Origin: Dehalococcoidia bacterium
GTDB taxonomy: Bacteria > Chloroflexota > Dehalococcoidia > DSTF01 > RBG-16-68-14
Assembly (NCBI GenBank): GCA_040882355.1
Contig: JBBEBM010000004.1
Coordinates: 1-64,000, forward strand
Length of the DNA stretch: 64,000 nt
Direction: 5' to 3'
Shown: in pieces, positions 10,287 through 19,649 of the stretch
Numbering within the stretch: the first letter of the stretch is position 1
How the letters are laid out: every line of letters begins with the position of its first letter
Notes under the pieces: generated by a model
The model's input: only the letters and a program-made list of their open reading frames with translations
What the model was told of the DNA's origin: nothing
Database searches by the model: none
Program-made: the position numbers and the translations under genes

Positions 10287-11183
10287 TTAAATCGCCAGGG
10301 CGAGCTGACCGACGGGCTCGCGCGGCGGCTGGTGGCGGGGCTGCATGTCCCAGCGCTCGCGGAGCTGCTCGACCTCGGCGTGGACCTCGTTGCTGTAGGT
10401 GCGCGGGGCGTAGGCGCCGCGATAGAAGCGCTCGTACTGCGGGAGCAGGTGCGGGTAGGTCTCGCGAAGGAAGGGCATGAACCACTCCTTCGTGCCGGGC
10501 TTGAGGTAGAGGACGTTGTCGCCGACGAACGACGCGCCGTACTCCTTCGCGGCCCGCATCACGGATTCGAGGTTCTCGCGGTCGTCGGTCAGGCCGGGGA
10601 TGATCGGCGCGAGCATGACGCCGCAGCGGACGCCCGCCTCCGCAAGCCGCGCGAGCGCCTCGAGGCGGTGGACGGGCTTCGCCGTCTCCGGCTCGATGTG
10701 GCGCCAGACCTCCTCGCGCAACGTCGCGATGCTGAAGAGCACGGTGCACTCCGCCACGTCCGACAGCTCGCGGAGCACCTGGAGGTCGCGGGTCACTGTG
10801 GGTGACTTGGTGATGATCGAGCAGGGGTTGGCGTGGTCGCGGAAGGCCTGGAGGGCGCCGCGCGTGAGGCCGTACTTGAGCTCGGCGGGCTGGTAGGGGT
10901 CGCAGGCGGTGCCGATGGTGACATGTTCGCGCCGCCAGCCCGCGCGACGCAGCTCTGCCCGGAGGACGGGCGCGAGGTTCACCTTGACGACGACGCGCTG
11001 CTCGAAGTCTCGGCCGGTGTCGTAGCCGAGATGCTCGTGGTTGCCGCGGGCGAAGCAGTAGACGCAGGCGTGCTGGCAGCCTCGATACGGATTGAGGCTC
11101 CAGCGCAGGTGGGGCATCGCGGGGACGTTGACGCGGTTGAGGGCGCTCTTGCACTCAATCTCTTCGAAGGTGATTTGCGGCAT
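10287..11183 (-). CDS. Radical SAM protein, SplB/Rv2578c-like (putative DNA repair)
   Basis: NPYRGCQHACVYCFAR (CxxxCxxC), DPYQPAE, IITKS, APIIPGLTD. Confidence 0.9.
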   Translation of the reverse strand: MPQITFEEIECKSALNRVNVPAMPHLRWSLNPYRGCQHACVYCFARGNHEHLGYDTGRDFEQRVVVKVNLAPVLRAELRRAGWRREHVTIGTACDPYQPAELKYGLTRGALQAFRDHANPCSIITKSPTVTRDLQVLRELSDVAECTVLFSIATLREEVWRHIEPETAKPVHRLEALARLAEAGVRCGVMLAPIIPGLTDDRENLESVMRAAKEYGASFVGDNVLYLKPGTKEWFMPFLRETYPHLLPQYERFYRGAYAPRTYSNEVHAEVEQLRERWDMQPRHQPPREPVGQLALAI

Positions 11184-11201
11184 GATGGACCTCCCGGGAT
11201 T

Positions 11202-11253
11202 AGAATGGACGTTCTGTGCCCAGAAGTGTAATGAGAACGCCCGTTCTTGTCAA
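11202..11253 (-). promoter_or_regulatory. Sigma70 promoter with two LexA (SOS) boxes
   Basis: TTGACA (11253-11248)-N17-TACACT (11230-11225); AGAACGCCCGTTCT at 11234-11247 and AGAATGGACGTTCT at 11202-11215. Confidence 0.85.
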
Positions 11254-11299
11254 GGGGGAGGTGGCAGCGGCACCGAAGAGGAAGCGGTGTCGAGGAGGG

Positions 11300-12415
11300 T
11301 CAGGCCGCTGGTTCGCGGAGGGGTGCGCTGACGCGGTGGAGGTACTGGATGATCTCTTTGTGGGACTGGAGCGCGCTTGTCTCGTAGTAGGGTATCGAGC
11401 GCTCCTGGCAGAAGGCCCTGACGATGACCTGCGCCTCGCGCAGCCTGTTGCGGGGCATGCTGGGGAAGAGGTGGTGCTCGATCTGGTAGTTGAGCCCTCC
11501 GTACATGAAGTCGGTGAGCGGGTGGGCCGTGATGTTTCGACTCGTCAGCACCTGGCGGCGGACGAAGTCGAGCTGGCTCTCGTCGTCCAGAAGCGGCATC
11601 CCCTTGTGGTTGGGCGCGAAGACCAGGCCGAGGTAGAGGCCGAACAGCGCCTGATGGACGACGATGAACGCCACAGCCTGGCCGGGGCTGAGCGCGTAGA
11701 AGACCAGGCCCAGGTAGGCCACGACGTGGAGCGCCATGATCAGCGCCTCGACGGCGCGGCCCTTCGGGTTGTTGGCGAGCAGGTACTGGACGCTCGCGGC
11801 CTTGGTGCCGATGCCCTCGAGGAGCAGGATCGGGAAGAAGTAGAAGGCCTGATAGCCGACCAGCCGGCGTGGCAGGCCCTGCTTCGCGCGGGCCTGCTCC
11901 TCGGAGAAGGCGAAGATCGGCAGTTGGGTGTGAGGATCACGGTCGAGGTCGTTTGGGCTGACGTGGTGCTCGTTGTGCGTGTCGATCCACCAGCTCCGGC
12001 TGAGGCCGAGCAAGAAGTTCGGTATCAGGCCGAACAGGTCGTTGCGGGGGGCGCCGTTGAAGATCTGCCGGTGGCCGGCGTCGTGGCCGAGGAAGCCGAT
12101 CTGCGCGAACGCGAACGCGAGGAAGCCGGCGTTCAGGAGCTGCAGCCAGAAGTTGTCGACGACGAGCAGGAACGCCACACTCGCGGCGAGCAGGGCGAGC
12201 CTGATGGCGACGTTGGTGACGTAGTAGGGGAGCTGCTTGTCGAGCAGCCCCTTCTCGACGATCCGTCGCTTCAGGTCGGCGTAGTCGCTCTCCAATTCGG
12301 GCGGGAAGGGCGCGGACGAGCCTTCGGCCGGACGGACTCCGGCGAGCTGCGCGGCGCGGTCCGCGGCGGTGGCGCTCTTAGGCGCGCTTAGGGGCAGGGC
12401 GTTCTCGGTAACGAT
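11300..12415 (-). CDS. Membrane fatty acid/acyl-CoA desaturase
   Basis: His boxes HDAGH, HNEHH, QIEHH; start either TTG 12295 or ATC 12415 (GGAGG 6 nt upstream, frame open). Confidence 0.9.
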   Translation of the reverse strand: MVTENALPLSAPKSATAADRAAQLAGVRPAEGSSAPFPPELESDYADLKRRIVEKGLLDKQLPYYVTNVAIRLALLAASVAFLLVVDNFWLQLLNAGFLAFAFAQIGFLGHDAGHRQIFNGAPRNDLFGLIPNFLLGLSRSWWIDTHNEHHVSPNDLDRDPHTQLPIFAFSEEQARAKQGLPRRLVGYQAFYFFPILLLEGIGTKAASVQYLLANNPKGRAVEALIMALHVVAYLGLVFYALSPGQAVAFIVVHQALFGLYLGLVFAPNHKGMPLLDDESQLDFVRRQVLTSRNITAHPLTDFMYGGLNYQIEHHLFPSMPRNRLREAQVIVRAFCQERSIPYYETSALQSHKEIIQYLHRVSAPLREPAA

Positions 12416-12580
12416 GTCAGTCCTCCAGACTCAGCGGCCGGCCGGTGTCTGTGCCCGGCCTCGCTTTCATGTGCGTTCACGATACACCATTCCGGGCTAA
12501 TGCAAATATTAGGGGACACGCCTAGAATCGCGCGGCGCTCTGGGCGCCCATGCTATCCTCACCAGTGGAGGTCGATTGAG

Positions 12581-13111
12581 ATGACGATGACGAACGACGG
12601 CTCCGGACGTCGAGAAGAGGTCTATCTGGCAGGCGGGTGCTTCTGGGGCATGCAGGACCTCCTACGAGAGATCCCCGGCGTGATCGAGACGGACGTGGGC
12701 TATACGGGCGGTGCTGTCGAGAACGCGACGTACCGCCGCCACGAAGGCCACGCCGAGGCCGTGCGCATCGTCTTCGACCCGGAGCGGCTCCCGTTCGAGG
12801 AGCTGCTTCGCTGGTTCTTCCGCATGCACGACCCGACGACGAAGGACCGCCAGGGCAACGACTCCGGGTCGTCCTATCGCTCGGCGATCTTCTACAAGAC
12901 GGAGGCGCAGCGGGCGATCGCTGAAGAGTTCAAGCAGCGCCTCGACGCGGGCGGGAGCTGGGGCAGGCCGATCGTGACGGAGATCGTGGCGGCCGGCGAC
13001 TACTGGAAGGCGGAAGAGGAGCACCAGGACTACTTGAGGAAGCGCCCCGGCGGCTACACCTGCCATTTCATGCGTCCCGACTCGGTGCTGGGCGATACCG
13101 TCAGAGCGTAG
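12581..13111 (+). CDS. msrA: Peptide methionine sulfoxide reductase MsrA
   Basis: GGCFWG, GYTGG, HDPTT, RQGND, YRSAIF, AEEEHQDY; GGAGG RBS. Confidence 0.96.
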   Translation: MTMTNDGSGRREEVYLAGGCFWGMQDLLREIPGVIETDVGYTGGAVENATYRRHEGHAEAVRIVFDPERLPFEELLRWFFRMHDPTTKDRQGNDSGSSYRSAIFYKTEAQRAIAEEFKQRLDAGGSWGRPIVTEIVAAGDYWKAEEEHQDYLRKRPGGYTCHFMRPDSVLGDTVRA

Positions 13112-13151
13112 ACGCCAGCGACTGCACGGCCATCGCAAGGAGGACGACGTC

Positions 13152-13592
13152 ATGGCATTGAACAAGGACCGGGCGACAGCCGTCTGGGAGGGGAAGGTTT
13201 CGGAAGGGGCGGGTCGCGTCACTGTCGCGAGCGGAGCGTTCCCGGAGCAAGAGATCACGTTGAAGCGTCGCACCGAGGGCGGGTCAGGCACAACGAGCCC
13301 CGAGGAGCTGATCGCGGCGGCGCACGCGTCCTGCTACGCGATGGCGCTGTCGGCGGCGCTCACGCGCAACGAAACGCCGCCCGGGCGGCTGGACGTCAGC
13401 GCTGAGGTCTCGCTGGACCGCGTAGAAGGCGGGCTGAAGATCACGTCGGTCGCGCTATCGGTGCGCGGGAGCGTGGCGGGTCTGGACGCGGCGCAGTTCC
13501 AGGAGGTCGCGGCGACGGCGGAGAAGAACTGCCCCGTTTCGAATGCGCTGCGCGGCGGCGTGAAGGTCAGCCTGCAGGCCGAGCTGGCATAG
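13152..13592 (+). CDS. osmC: OsmC family peroxiredoxin
   Basis: PEELIAAAHASCYAMALS and KNCPVSNAL catalytic cysteines. Confidence 0.93.
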   Translation: MALNKDRATAVWEGKVSEGAGRVTVASGAFPEQEITLKRRTEGGSGTTSPEELIAAAHASCYAMALSAALTRNETPPGRLDVSAEVSLDRVEGGLKITSVALSVRGSVAGLDAAQFQEVAATAEKNCPVSNALRGGVKVSLQAELA

Positions 13593-13598
13593 CAAGCA

Positions 13599-14714
13599 CT
13601 ACGGCTCCACGCGCAGCGGCTCCAGCGCCGCCCAATCGATCTCGACGCCCAGCCCCGGTCCGTCCGGCAGCCGGACGACGCCGTCGCTCGCCGTGATGGG
13701 CTCTGGCAGGATGAAGTCGCGGCGCGCGGGCGGCCAGGCCGGCGGATCGTGTGCGAACTCGATGAAGGGCGCCGTCGACACGGCCGCGGCGACGTGCAGG
13801 TTCGCGAGCAGGACGAGGCCGTCGCCCCACGTGTGCGGCGAGTAGAGGGCGCCCGCAGCGAGCGCCTCGGCCGCGAGCTGGCGCGCCCGCAGGACACCCG
13901 TGCTCCAGGCGACATCGGCTTGATAGACGTCGAGCGAGCCGTGGTGGAGGTACTCGCGTAGCTCCGCGAACTCGCGCGCGCCCTCGCCGCCGGCGATACG
14001 GACGCGCGACTGGCGCTGCAGCTCCGCGAGGCCGCGGTAGTCGTGGCGGTCGAGCGGCTCCTCCAGCCAGAAGACGTCGAGCTCGGCCAGTTCGTCGGCG
14101 ACGTGGAGCGCGGTGTCGAAGCTCCAGGGCGCTCTCGTGTCTGACGGCACGCGCCAGCCCTGGTTCGCGTCGACGACGATCGCCAGGTCGGGGCCGACGG
14201 CGTCGCGCACCGCGCGGACGATCGCCAGATCATCCTCGATGTCGTCCTGGTACATGCGCAGCTTCACGGCCGGGAAGCCGAGCGCTTTGAGGTGTAGCGC
14301 TGATTCGACGCGCTCGTCCAGGGACATGCGGGCGCCGGTCGAGGCGTAGACCGGCACGCTGTCTCGCTCCCCGCCGAGCAGCTTCCAGAGGGGCTGGCCT
14401 CGGACCTTGCCCATCAGGTCCCAGAGCGCGACCTCCAGCGGCCACATGCGATCGTAGTGGAACTGGAGGTTGTCCAGGACCTCGACGTGGCGCTCGATGT
14501 CGAACGGGTCGTGGCCGACGAAGAGCGGCTCGTGGCCCGCGAAGCCGGCCATCGCGCTGCCCGAGCCGACGCCTTCGTAGTCGCCCGCGCTCACCCGGAC
14601 GATCGTGCTCGCGAACGACCGGCGAGGCACCGGGTCCCAGGCGGCGTGGAACGGCGGCTCGAGCGGGAGGCGATAGTGCCTCAGCTCGATGCTGTCGATC
14701 GTGGGCGTGGCCAT
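13599..14714 (-). CDS. Mandelate racemase/muconate lactonizing enzyme (enolase superfamily)
   Basis: ALWDLMGK...PLWKLLGG, VPVYAS, DANQ, WLEEP, IAGGE, PDGPGLGVE. Confidence 0.9.
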   Translation of the reverse strand: MATPTIDSIELRHYRLPLEPPFHAAWDPVPRRSFASTIVRVSAGDYEGVGSGSAMAGFAGHEPLFVGHDPFDIERHVEVLDNLQFHYDRMWPLEVALWDLMGKVRGQPLWKLLGGERDSVPVYASTGARMSLDERVESALHLKALGFPAVKLRMYQDDIEDDLAIVRAVRDAVGPDLAIVVDANQGWRVPSDTRAPWSFDTALHVADELAELDVFWLEEPLDRHDYRGLAELQRQSRVRIAGGEGAREFAELREYLHHGSLDVYQADVAWSTGVLRARQLAAEALAAGALYSPHTWGDGLVLLANLHVAAAVSTAPFIEFAHDPPAWPPARRDFILPEPITASDGVVRLPDGPGLGVEIDWAALEPLRVEP

Positions 14715-14731
14715 TGTGGCGGCGAGGCCGC

Positions 14732-15955
14732 TCAGCCGTTGAGCAGGTCGTCGACGTGGACGGGGCGGCCTTCTTTGATCGAACGGTTGGCGGCGATGCC
14801 GGTCAGGATCGACATCGCGCCGGCGCGGGAGCCCGCCTGCAGGCCCAGCGGGTCCTCGTCGACGCCGCGGAAGAGGTGGTCGCGGAGGATGCGGTCGCCG
14901 CCGTAGTGCTCGCCGGTGCCGGTCTCGGGCTCGATGGCGCGGGCGGGCTTGCGGAGCGGATGCAGCGTGATCTGGACGCCGGGCTGGCGGCCTGGCGCGC
15001 GTTCGAGGAACTCGACCTCGAGGCGGCCCTCCGAGCCGTTGAAGGCGAGGCTATAGCCCTCCCACGGCGAGTAGGCGGTCATCGAGTAGCTCATGACAGC
15101 GCCGCTCTTGTAGCGCACCGTCGCCGACATCGTGTCGTAGATATCGATCTCGTCGGCGAAGACGCAGCCGTCGCGGTGGTAGCCGTCCTCGCCTTCGGCG
15201 TCCAGGTAGAGGGCGCGCATGTAGTCCTGGGCGCGCAGGTCCATGAAGAACTCGCAGGTGGCGGTGTGGGCGCACGTGAGGCAGCGGTCGCCGCGCTCCT
15301 CTCGAGTTGGGCCGTAGAAGGCGCGACGCCCCAGCGCAAAGACCTCCTCAGGCTCGGAGTCGAGCCACCAGTTGATCAGGTCGAAGTGGTGGGTTGCCTT
15401 GTGGACCAGCAGGCCGCCGGAGTTCTCCATCCGGCGGTGCCAGCGACGGAAGAAGTCAGCGCCGTGGATGTAGTCGAGGGGCCAGTGGAAGTCGACGGAG
15501 AGCACCCGGCCGATCGCGCCGTCCATGATCATGCGCTTGATCTGCTGGTGCTGGGGCGAGTACCGGTAGTTGAAGGTGACGGTCACGCGCTTGCCGGTGC
15601 GCTGTTCGGTCTCGAGGATGGCGCGGCACTTCTCGTCGTCGACGGTCATCGGCTTCTCGGTGATCGCCTCGGCGCCGGCTTCCAGGGAGCGGGTGATGAA
15701 GTCGTGGTGGGTGCGGTCGACCGTGGCGACGATGACGGTATCCGGCCGCATCTCCCTCAGCATGGCGTCGAAGTCGGTAAAGGCGGGCACGGGCGTCTCG
15801 ATGTAGCCGTTGCAGGCCGATAGCCGGACCGGGTTCACGTCGCAGATCGCGGCCAGCTCGGCGACGTCGCCGTAGTACTTCGAGAGGGGGCGCGCGTACA
15901 TGTTGATGCCGCGCACGCCGCAGCCTACCAGAGCGAAGCGTTTCACGCTGGGCAT
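14732..15955 (-). CDS. Gfo/Idh/MocA family NAD(P) oxidoreductase
   Basis: LVGCGVRG, TEKPM, FNYRY, HGADFFRRWH, SGGLLVHKATHHFDL; start MPSVKR. Confidence 0.9.
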   Translation of the reverse strand: MPSVKRFALVGCGVRGINMYARPLSKYYGDVAELAAICDVNPVRLSACNGYIETPVPAFTDFDAMLREMRPDTVIVATVDRTHHDFITRSLEAGAEAITEKPMTVDDEKCRAILETEQRTGKRVTVTFNYRYSPQHQQIKRMIMDGAIGRVLSVDFHWPLDYIHGADFFRRWHRRMENSGGLLVHKATHHFDLINWWLDSEPEEVFALGRRAFYGPTREERGDRCLTCAHTATCEFFMDLRAQDYMRALYLDAEGEDGYHRDGCVFADEIDIYDTMSATVRYKSGAVMSYSMTAYSPWEGYSLAFNGSEGRLEVEFLERAPGRQPGVQITLHPLRKPARAIEPETGTGEHYGGDRILRDHLFRGVDEDPLGLQAGSRAGAMSILTGIAANRSIKEGRPVHVDDLLNG

Positions 15956-16265
15956 TGTGGCAGGTACGCGGAGCACCGTCCAGCCCACGATCCGTCTGGT
16001 GTGGAGAACCCAGTATTGGAGGCTGGCGCTGAAGCAAGGTTCGGGCGTGGCGGCGCGACGAGTGAGGTGGGCGGAGGAGCAGCAATGATGCCTGAGACGC
16101 ATGAGGGCATCGTAGACGTTGGCCCGCGCTGCTGGCGATGCGGGCGGAAGTTGAGCCAACGCGCGCGCGGGCCAACAGGACAGGCGGGAGCAGGAAGTTG
16201 ATCCGCCCCCGCCTGCCAAGCTTCGTCTACGTCTGAGGGTGTGCGGCTAGGCGCAACGCTTTCGA

Positions 16266-16589
16266 TCAGTCGCAGGTGGCGGCGAACGGATCGCCTATCA
16301 CTGAGACCGGGTTGTTTTCGCTCTGGAAGGCGCCGCCCGGCACGCCGTGGTCAGTGAGGTTGTCGCCGGGCACGCCCTTGTGGACGTTGACATGGAACTT
16401 GTGGTAGCCGCCCTCGCCGATTTCTTTGGAGGTCTGGCCGCTGGCGATGTCCTCAACGGTTGTGCCTGGCGTGTGCAACTGATGCTCGTGGCAGGCCAGG
16501 GTCGTTTGGGCACCACCGAGCAATGAGAACGCGGCGAGCGCGACCGCCGCGAAGACTGTCGCCACGAACGTGATCATGATCCTGCGCAT
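16266..16589 (-). CDS. Small secreted His-rich hypothetical protein
   Basis: [11 protein letters not shown]; Sec signal MRRIMITF...TTLA; mature CHEHQLH...HKFHVNVH...CD. Confidence 0.7.
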   Translation of the reverse strand: MRRIMITFVATVFAAVALAAFSLLGGAQTTLACHEHQLHTPGTTVEDIASGQTSKEIGEGGYHKFHVNVHKGVPGDNLTDHGVPGGAFQSENNPVSVIGDPFAATCD

Positions 16590-16757
16590 AGTAACCTCCT
16601 CCAGGTTTTTAATGGCTGGCCGCGAATCCGTCGGGATGGTCTGGCTGTTTACCCCCTTTCTTGGCGCCTCAAGCCGCACCCACGCCGGTGGGTCGGCCCA
16701 TGCTCCGCGAATGTGTGACGGGGGTCGACGTCCCTGCCGCCGTAGGGCGTCAGGTCG

Positions 16758-16787
16758 AGTGTATTCGCAGCTTCGGCGCTATGTCAA
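16758..16787 (-). promoter_or_regulatory. Sigma70 promoter for the small secreted protein
   Basis: TTGACA-N18-TACACT on the minus strand. Confidence 0.65.
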
Positions 16788-17035
16788 GTCCCACGGCCCG
16801 CGCTATCTCGCCATAGCGATGCGCCTCACGCGGACTGGGGGCCGAAGTGCCAGCGATGCAGGAAGAAGCTGGCGGAGCGGCTGACCCGGCCCTGCGAGGT
16901 CACCTGCGTGCGGTGCAAGGCGACGAACGCCTTCCTAAAGAAGCCCATCCGATGTACGCTTGCGTCGGCGGTTCCAAGATCAGAACGGCGGCTGCGCCGT
17001 GCACACAGGCGACGCGGCAGTGCCGTGACGCCGTC

Positions 17036-17079
17036 GAGCGGCAGACGCGACTCGAACCTGCGACCGCCGGCCTGGGAAG
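17036..17079 (-). pseudogene. Degenerate 3' half of tRNA-Gly(CCC), att-site-like remnant
   Basis: Reverse complement CTTCCCAGGCCGGCGGTCGCAGGTTCGAGTCGCGTCTGCCGCTC resembles the anticodon loop to acceptor end of tRNA-Gly; no 5' half; T-stem mismatched. Confidence 0.6.
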
Positions 17080-17147
17080 ATGTCCCAAGGAAGGTGAACA
17101 GGCGCCGCGCTCTGGCGGCGAGTTATGGAGGATAATCAGCGGGATAT

Positions 17148-17600
17148 ATGTGCGTGGCTCAAGAGAGCGCTGTGCCCAAGGCCATCCGGGGCCGTGTGAT
17201 AAGAGCAGCTATCGGTGCTGCGCTCGCGGCTTTGGGGCTGGGTCTCGGCTTCGCCTGGTCGGACTGTTTGGGTACCCCGCGAGGCGGAGGATGGGAATGC
17301 CAAACGCAAGGGGCAGCCTTCGCTTTGATGGGGATTCCCGCGCTGATTGTGGGCATTCCGCTCGTCTTGTCCGCCTTGGCACCGGTAGCCGCCTTTTGGC
17401 GGAAAGTGGTCTGTTGGGGAGTCCCGGTGGTGGCAGTCATCGTGTTGGCGATCTTCATTGGCGAATCAAGCTCCGCGATCGAGGAGACAGTTTCTGTCGC
17501 GCTTATCTGGCTTCTTGGGTCAACTGCGGTCCTGTGCCTGGGCTACCTGATGTCGATCTTGCTGGGCGACCGATCTATCAAGGGCGGCAAGCGAACGTAA
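17148..17600 (+). CDS. Hypothetical membrane protein (~4 TM)
   Basis: Four hydrophobic segments, Cys pair in first loop; visibly more T/A third positions than neighbours; start uncertain. Confidence 0.55.
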   Translation: MCVAQESAVPKAIRGRVIRAAIGAALAALGLGLGFAWSDCLGTPRGGGWECQTQGAAFALMGIPALIVGIPLVLSALAPVAAFWRKVVCWGVPVVAVIVLAIFIGESSSAIEETVSVALIWLLGSTAVLCLGYLMSILLGDRSIKGGKRT

Positions 17601-17610
17601 GGAGTGCGTC

Positions 17611-18453
17611 ATGCCGGATGTCGAGCTGTCGGCGGGTATCATCGAGTACGAGGACACAGGCGGTAGCGGCCCTGTCGTCGTCCTGCTGCACGGGCTGCTG
17701 ATGGACGGCTCGCAGTGGCGGCACGTGGTCGCCGACCTACGTCGCGACTACCGCTGCGTGCTGCCGACTCTGCCGCTCGGGGCGCATCGCCGCCCGATGC
17801 GCCCGGATGCCGACCTTTCGCTCCGCGGGCAGACCAGGCTGATCGCGGAGTTCCTCGAGCGGCTCGACCTGCGCGATGTGACACTGGCGTTCAACGACTG
17901 GTGTGGCGCTCAGTTGCTCATCTCGGAGGGACTGGATGAACGGGTCGGACGACTAGTGCTCGTTTCGTGCGAGGCGTTCGACAACTACCCTCCCGGCCTT
18001 CCGGGGCACGCCATATGGCTCGCAGCCCAGGTGCCAGGCGGGATCAACGCGGCGCTACAGCCGCTTCGCCTTCGCCCGCTCCGGCGCTTGCCGATCACCT
18101 TCGGCTGGATGTCCAAAAGAGCCGTCCCGCACGAGATCATGGACGCCTGGCTGCGGCCGGCGCTCACGTCGAGGGAGATCAGGCGCGACCTACGCAAGTA
18201 CACTCGCGGCGCCAGGAAGGCCAAGCGCGACCTCCTCGCTGCGACCGAGGCGCTGCGCGCATTTGGTCGTCCGGTCCTGGTCGTATGGGCGGCGGAAGAC
18301 CGCATCATGCCACCAGAGCACGGACGGCGGCTGGCCGAGCTGTTTCCGCGCGGCCGGCTCGTCGAGATCGCTGACAGCTACACCCTCATCCCCGAAGACC
18401 AACCCGGCGAACTGGCCCGTGCGATCCGTCAGTTCGTCCAAGACACGCCATAG
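17611..18453 (+). CDS. Alpha/beta hydrolase (Asp-nucleophile type)
   Basis: VVLLHG, LPLGAH, FNDWCG elbow, EAFDNYPPG, PEDQP; AAGGAG RBS. Confidence 0.88.
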   Translation: MPDVELSAGIIEYEDTGGSGPVVVLLHGLLMDGSQWRHVVADLRRDYRCVLPTLPLGAHRRPMRPDADLSLRGQTRLIAEFLERLDLRDVTLAFNDWCGAQLLISEGLDERVGRLVLVSCEAFDNYPPGLPGHAIWLAAQVPGGINAALQPLRLRPLRRLPITFGWMSKRAVPHEIMDAWLRPALTSREIRRDLRKYTRGARKAKRDLLAATEALRAFGRPVLVVWAAEDRIMPPEHGRRLAELFPRGRLVEIADSYTLIPEDQPGELARAIRQFVQDTP

Positions 18454-18612
18454 ACCAAGCACTATCTCGCCATAGGGCGCTAGCAGCGCAGCTGGGAATC
18501 GCCGCGCAGCTGGTCACCCCGGCGTAAGTCAAGAGTGGGTTGACTTCCACGGCCAACGGATGAGTAGAATGATCCCATCAACTCCAACCGAAGACATTCG
18601 CCTGCGGAGTAG

Positions 18613-19452
18613 ATGAGCACCCAACCGGAGCCGCCCCAGCTGCCGCCCGGGTTACCCCAGCCCGCGCTCGATCTGCTGGTGCGCGCGGTGGCGTTCAATG
18701 CCCTCGCGGGCTTCGCGGCCGGGACGATTGCGGGAGGCGTCGGTTCGCGCATCGCCATGCGCATCAGCGCAGTGGCGGCTGGCAGCGCCAAGCACGGCGC
18801 CATCACCGAGTTCGAGGCCACCGTCGGCGAGATCACCGCGGGCGGAACAATCTTCCTCATCCTGGCCGGGGGCCTCGTCGGCGTCATGGGCGGGCTCATC
18901 TATCTCGCCCTCCGCCGGTGGGTTGCCGATGCCGGGAGATGGCGTGGGCTCGTATTCGGGGTGTTGCTCGTGGCGATCTTCGGGGCGGCGATCATCGCGG
19001 GCGACAACCCCGACTTCCACCGCTTCGGGCCGCCCGCCCTGAACATCACCATGTTCGCATCCTTCTTCATTCTGTTCGGGCTACTCGTAGTGCCGCTGTC
19101 CGAATGGATGGAGCGGATCGCGCGGGCGCTGCCGCCGCCCTCGCTCCAGCCCTCCGGCCTCCCCTCCCTCGCCGGTCATGCCTTCGGCCTGCTCTTCCTG
19201 CTGCCAGCCGTAGGGGGCATTGGATTCGTCGCGTCGGGAGCAGCCCGCATCTTTCTGCCGTACACACTGCTGGTGATACCGATCGCCGCCCTGCGCATCG
19301 GCCGGACCGTTGGGCGGTTCGACCGCCTTTCCGACCTACGCGGGCACTGGGGCGCGATGGCGGCGGCCCTCGCCGTGCTGGCATTGCCCGTTTCGGGCGG
19401 GATTGCGCTAAACGTCCTGGCGATCACCGATATCTTCGAGGCGGCCGGATAA
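18613..19452 (+). CDS. Hypothetical integral membrane protein
   Basis: GGVGSRIAMR...GEITAGGT, NPDF motif; 6-7 hydrophobic helices. Confidence 0.7.
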   Translation: MSTQPEPPQLPPGLPQPALDLLVRAVAFNALAGFAAGTIAGGVGSRIAMRISAVAAGSAKHGAITEFEATVGEITAGGTIFLILAGGLVGVMGGLIYLALRRWVADAGRWRGLVFGVLLVAIFGAAIIAGDNPDFHRFGPPALNITMFASFFILFGLLVVPLSEWMERIARALPPPSLQPSGLPSLAGHAFGLLFLLPAVGGIGFVASGAARIFLPYTLLVIPIAALRIGRTVGRFDRLSDLRGHWGAMAAALAVLALPVSGGIALNVLAITDIFEAAG

Positions 19453-19649
19453 CGTCTACCGAGAGGACCCGCGACCGCGCGTGCCCCGCCCGAAGGCAGC
19501 ACCCACTCGCGATCACCAGCGATCCTCAAGTCCAGCCTCTTGCGCGCGCGCAGGTTGTCGCGCTGACCTTTGCAGTGCCGTCATTGGCTTGCTACCATCG
19601 ACATGCGACGGATCGTCGCATTGTCATCTTCTCAAGGAGGGGTGGGCTA

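Noticed and set aside
7715..10480. 921-aa plus-strand ORF (also 1754-3487, 37244-38695, 50574-53018, 56828-58420)
   Set aside because: Shadow or antisense frames of well-supported genes in GC-rich DNA; no recognisable motifs
17036..17079. Functional tRNA-Gly
   Set aside because: No D-arm or 5' acceptor strand, mismatched T-stem, no CCA
18540..18570. TTGACT/TAGAAT promoter
   Set aside because: 19-nt spacer; plausible but too weak to call
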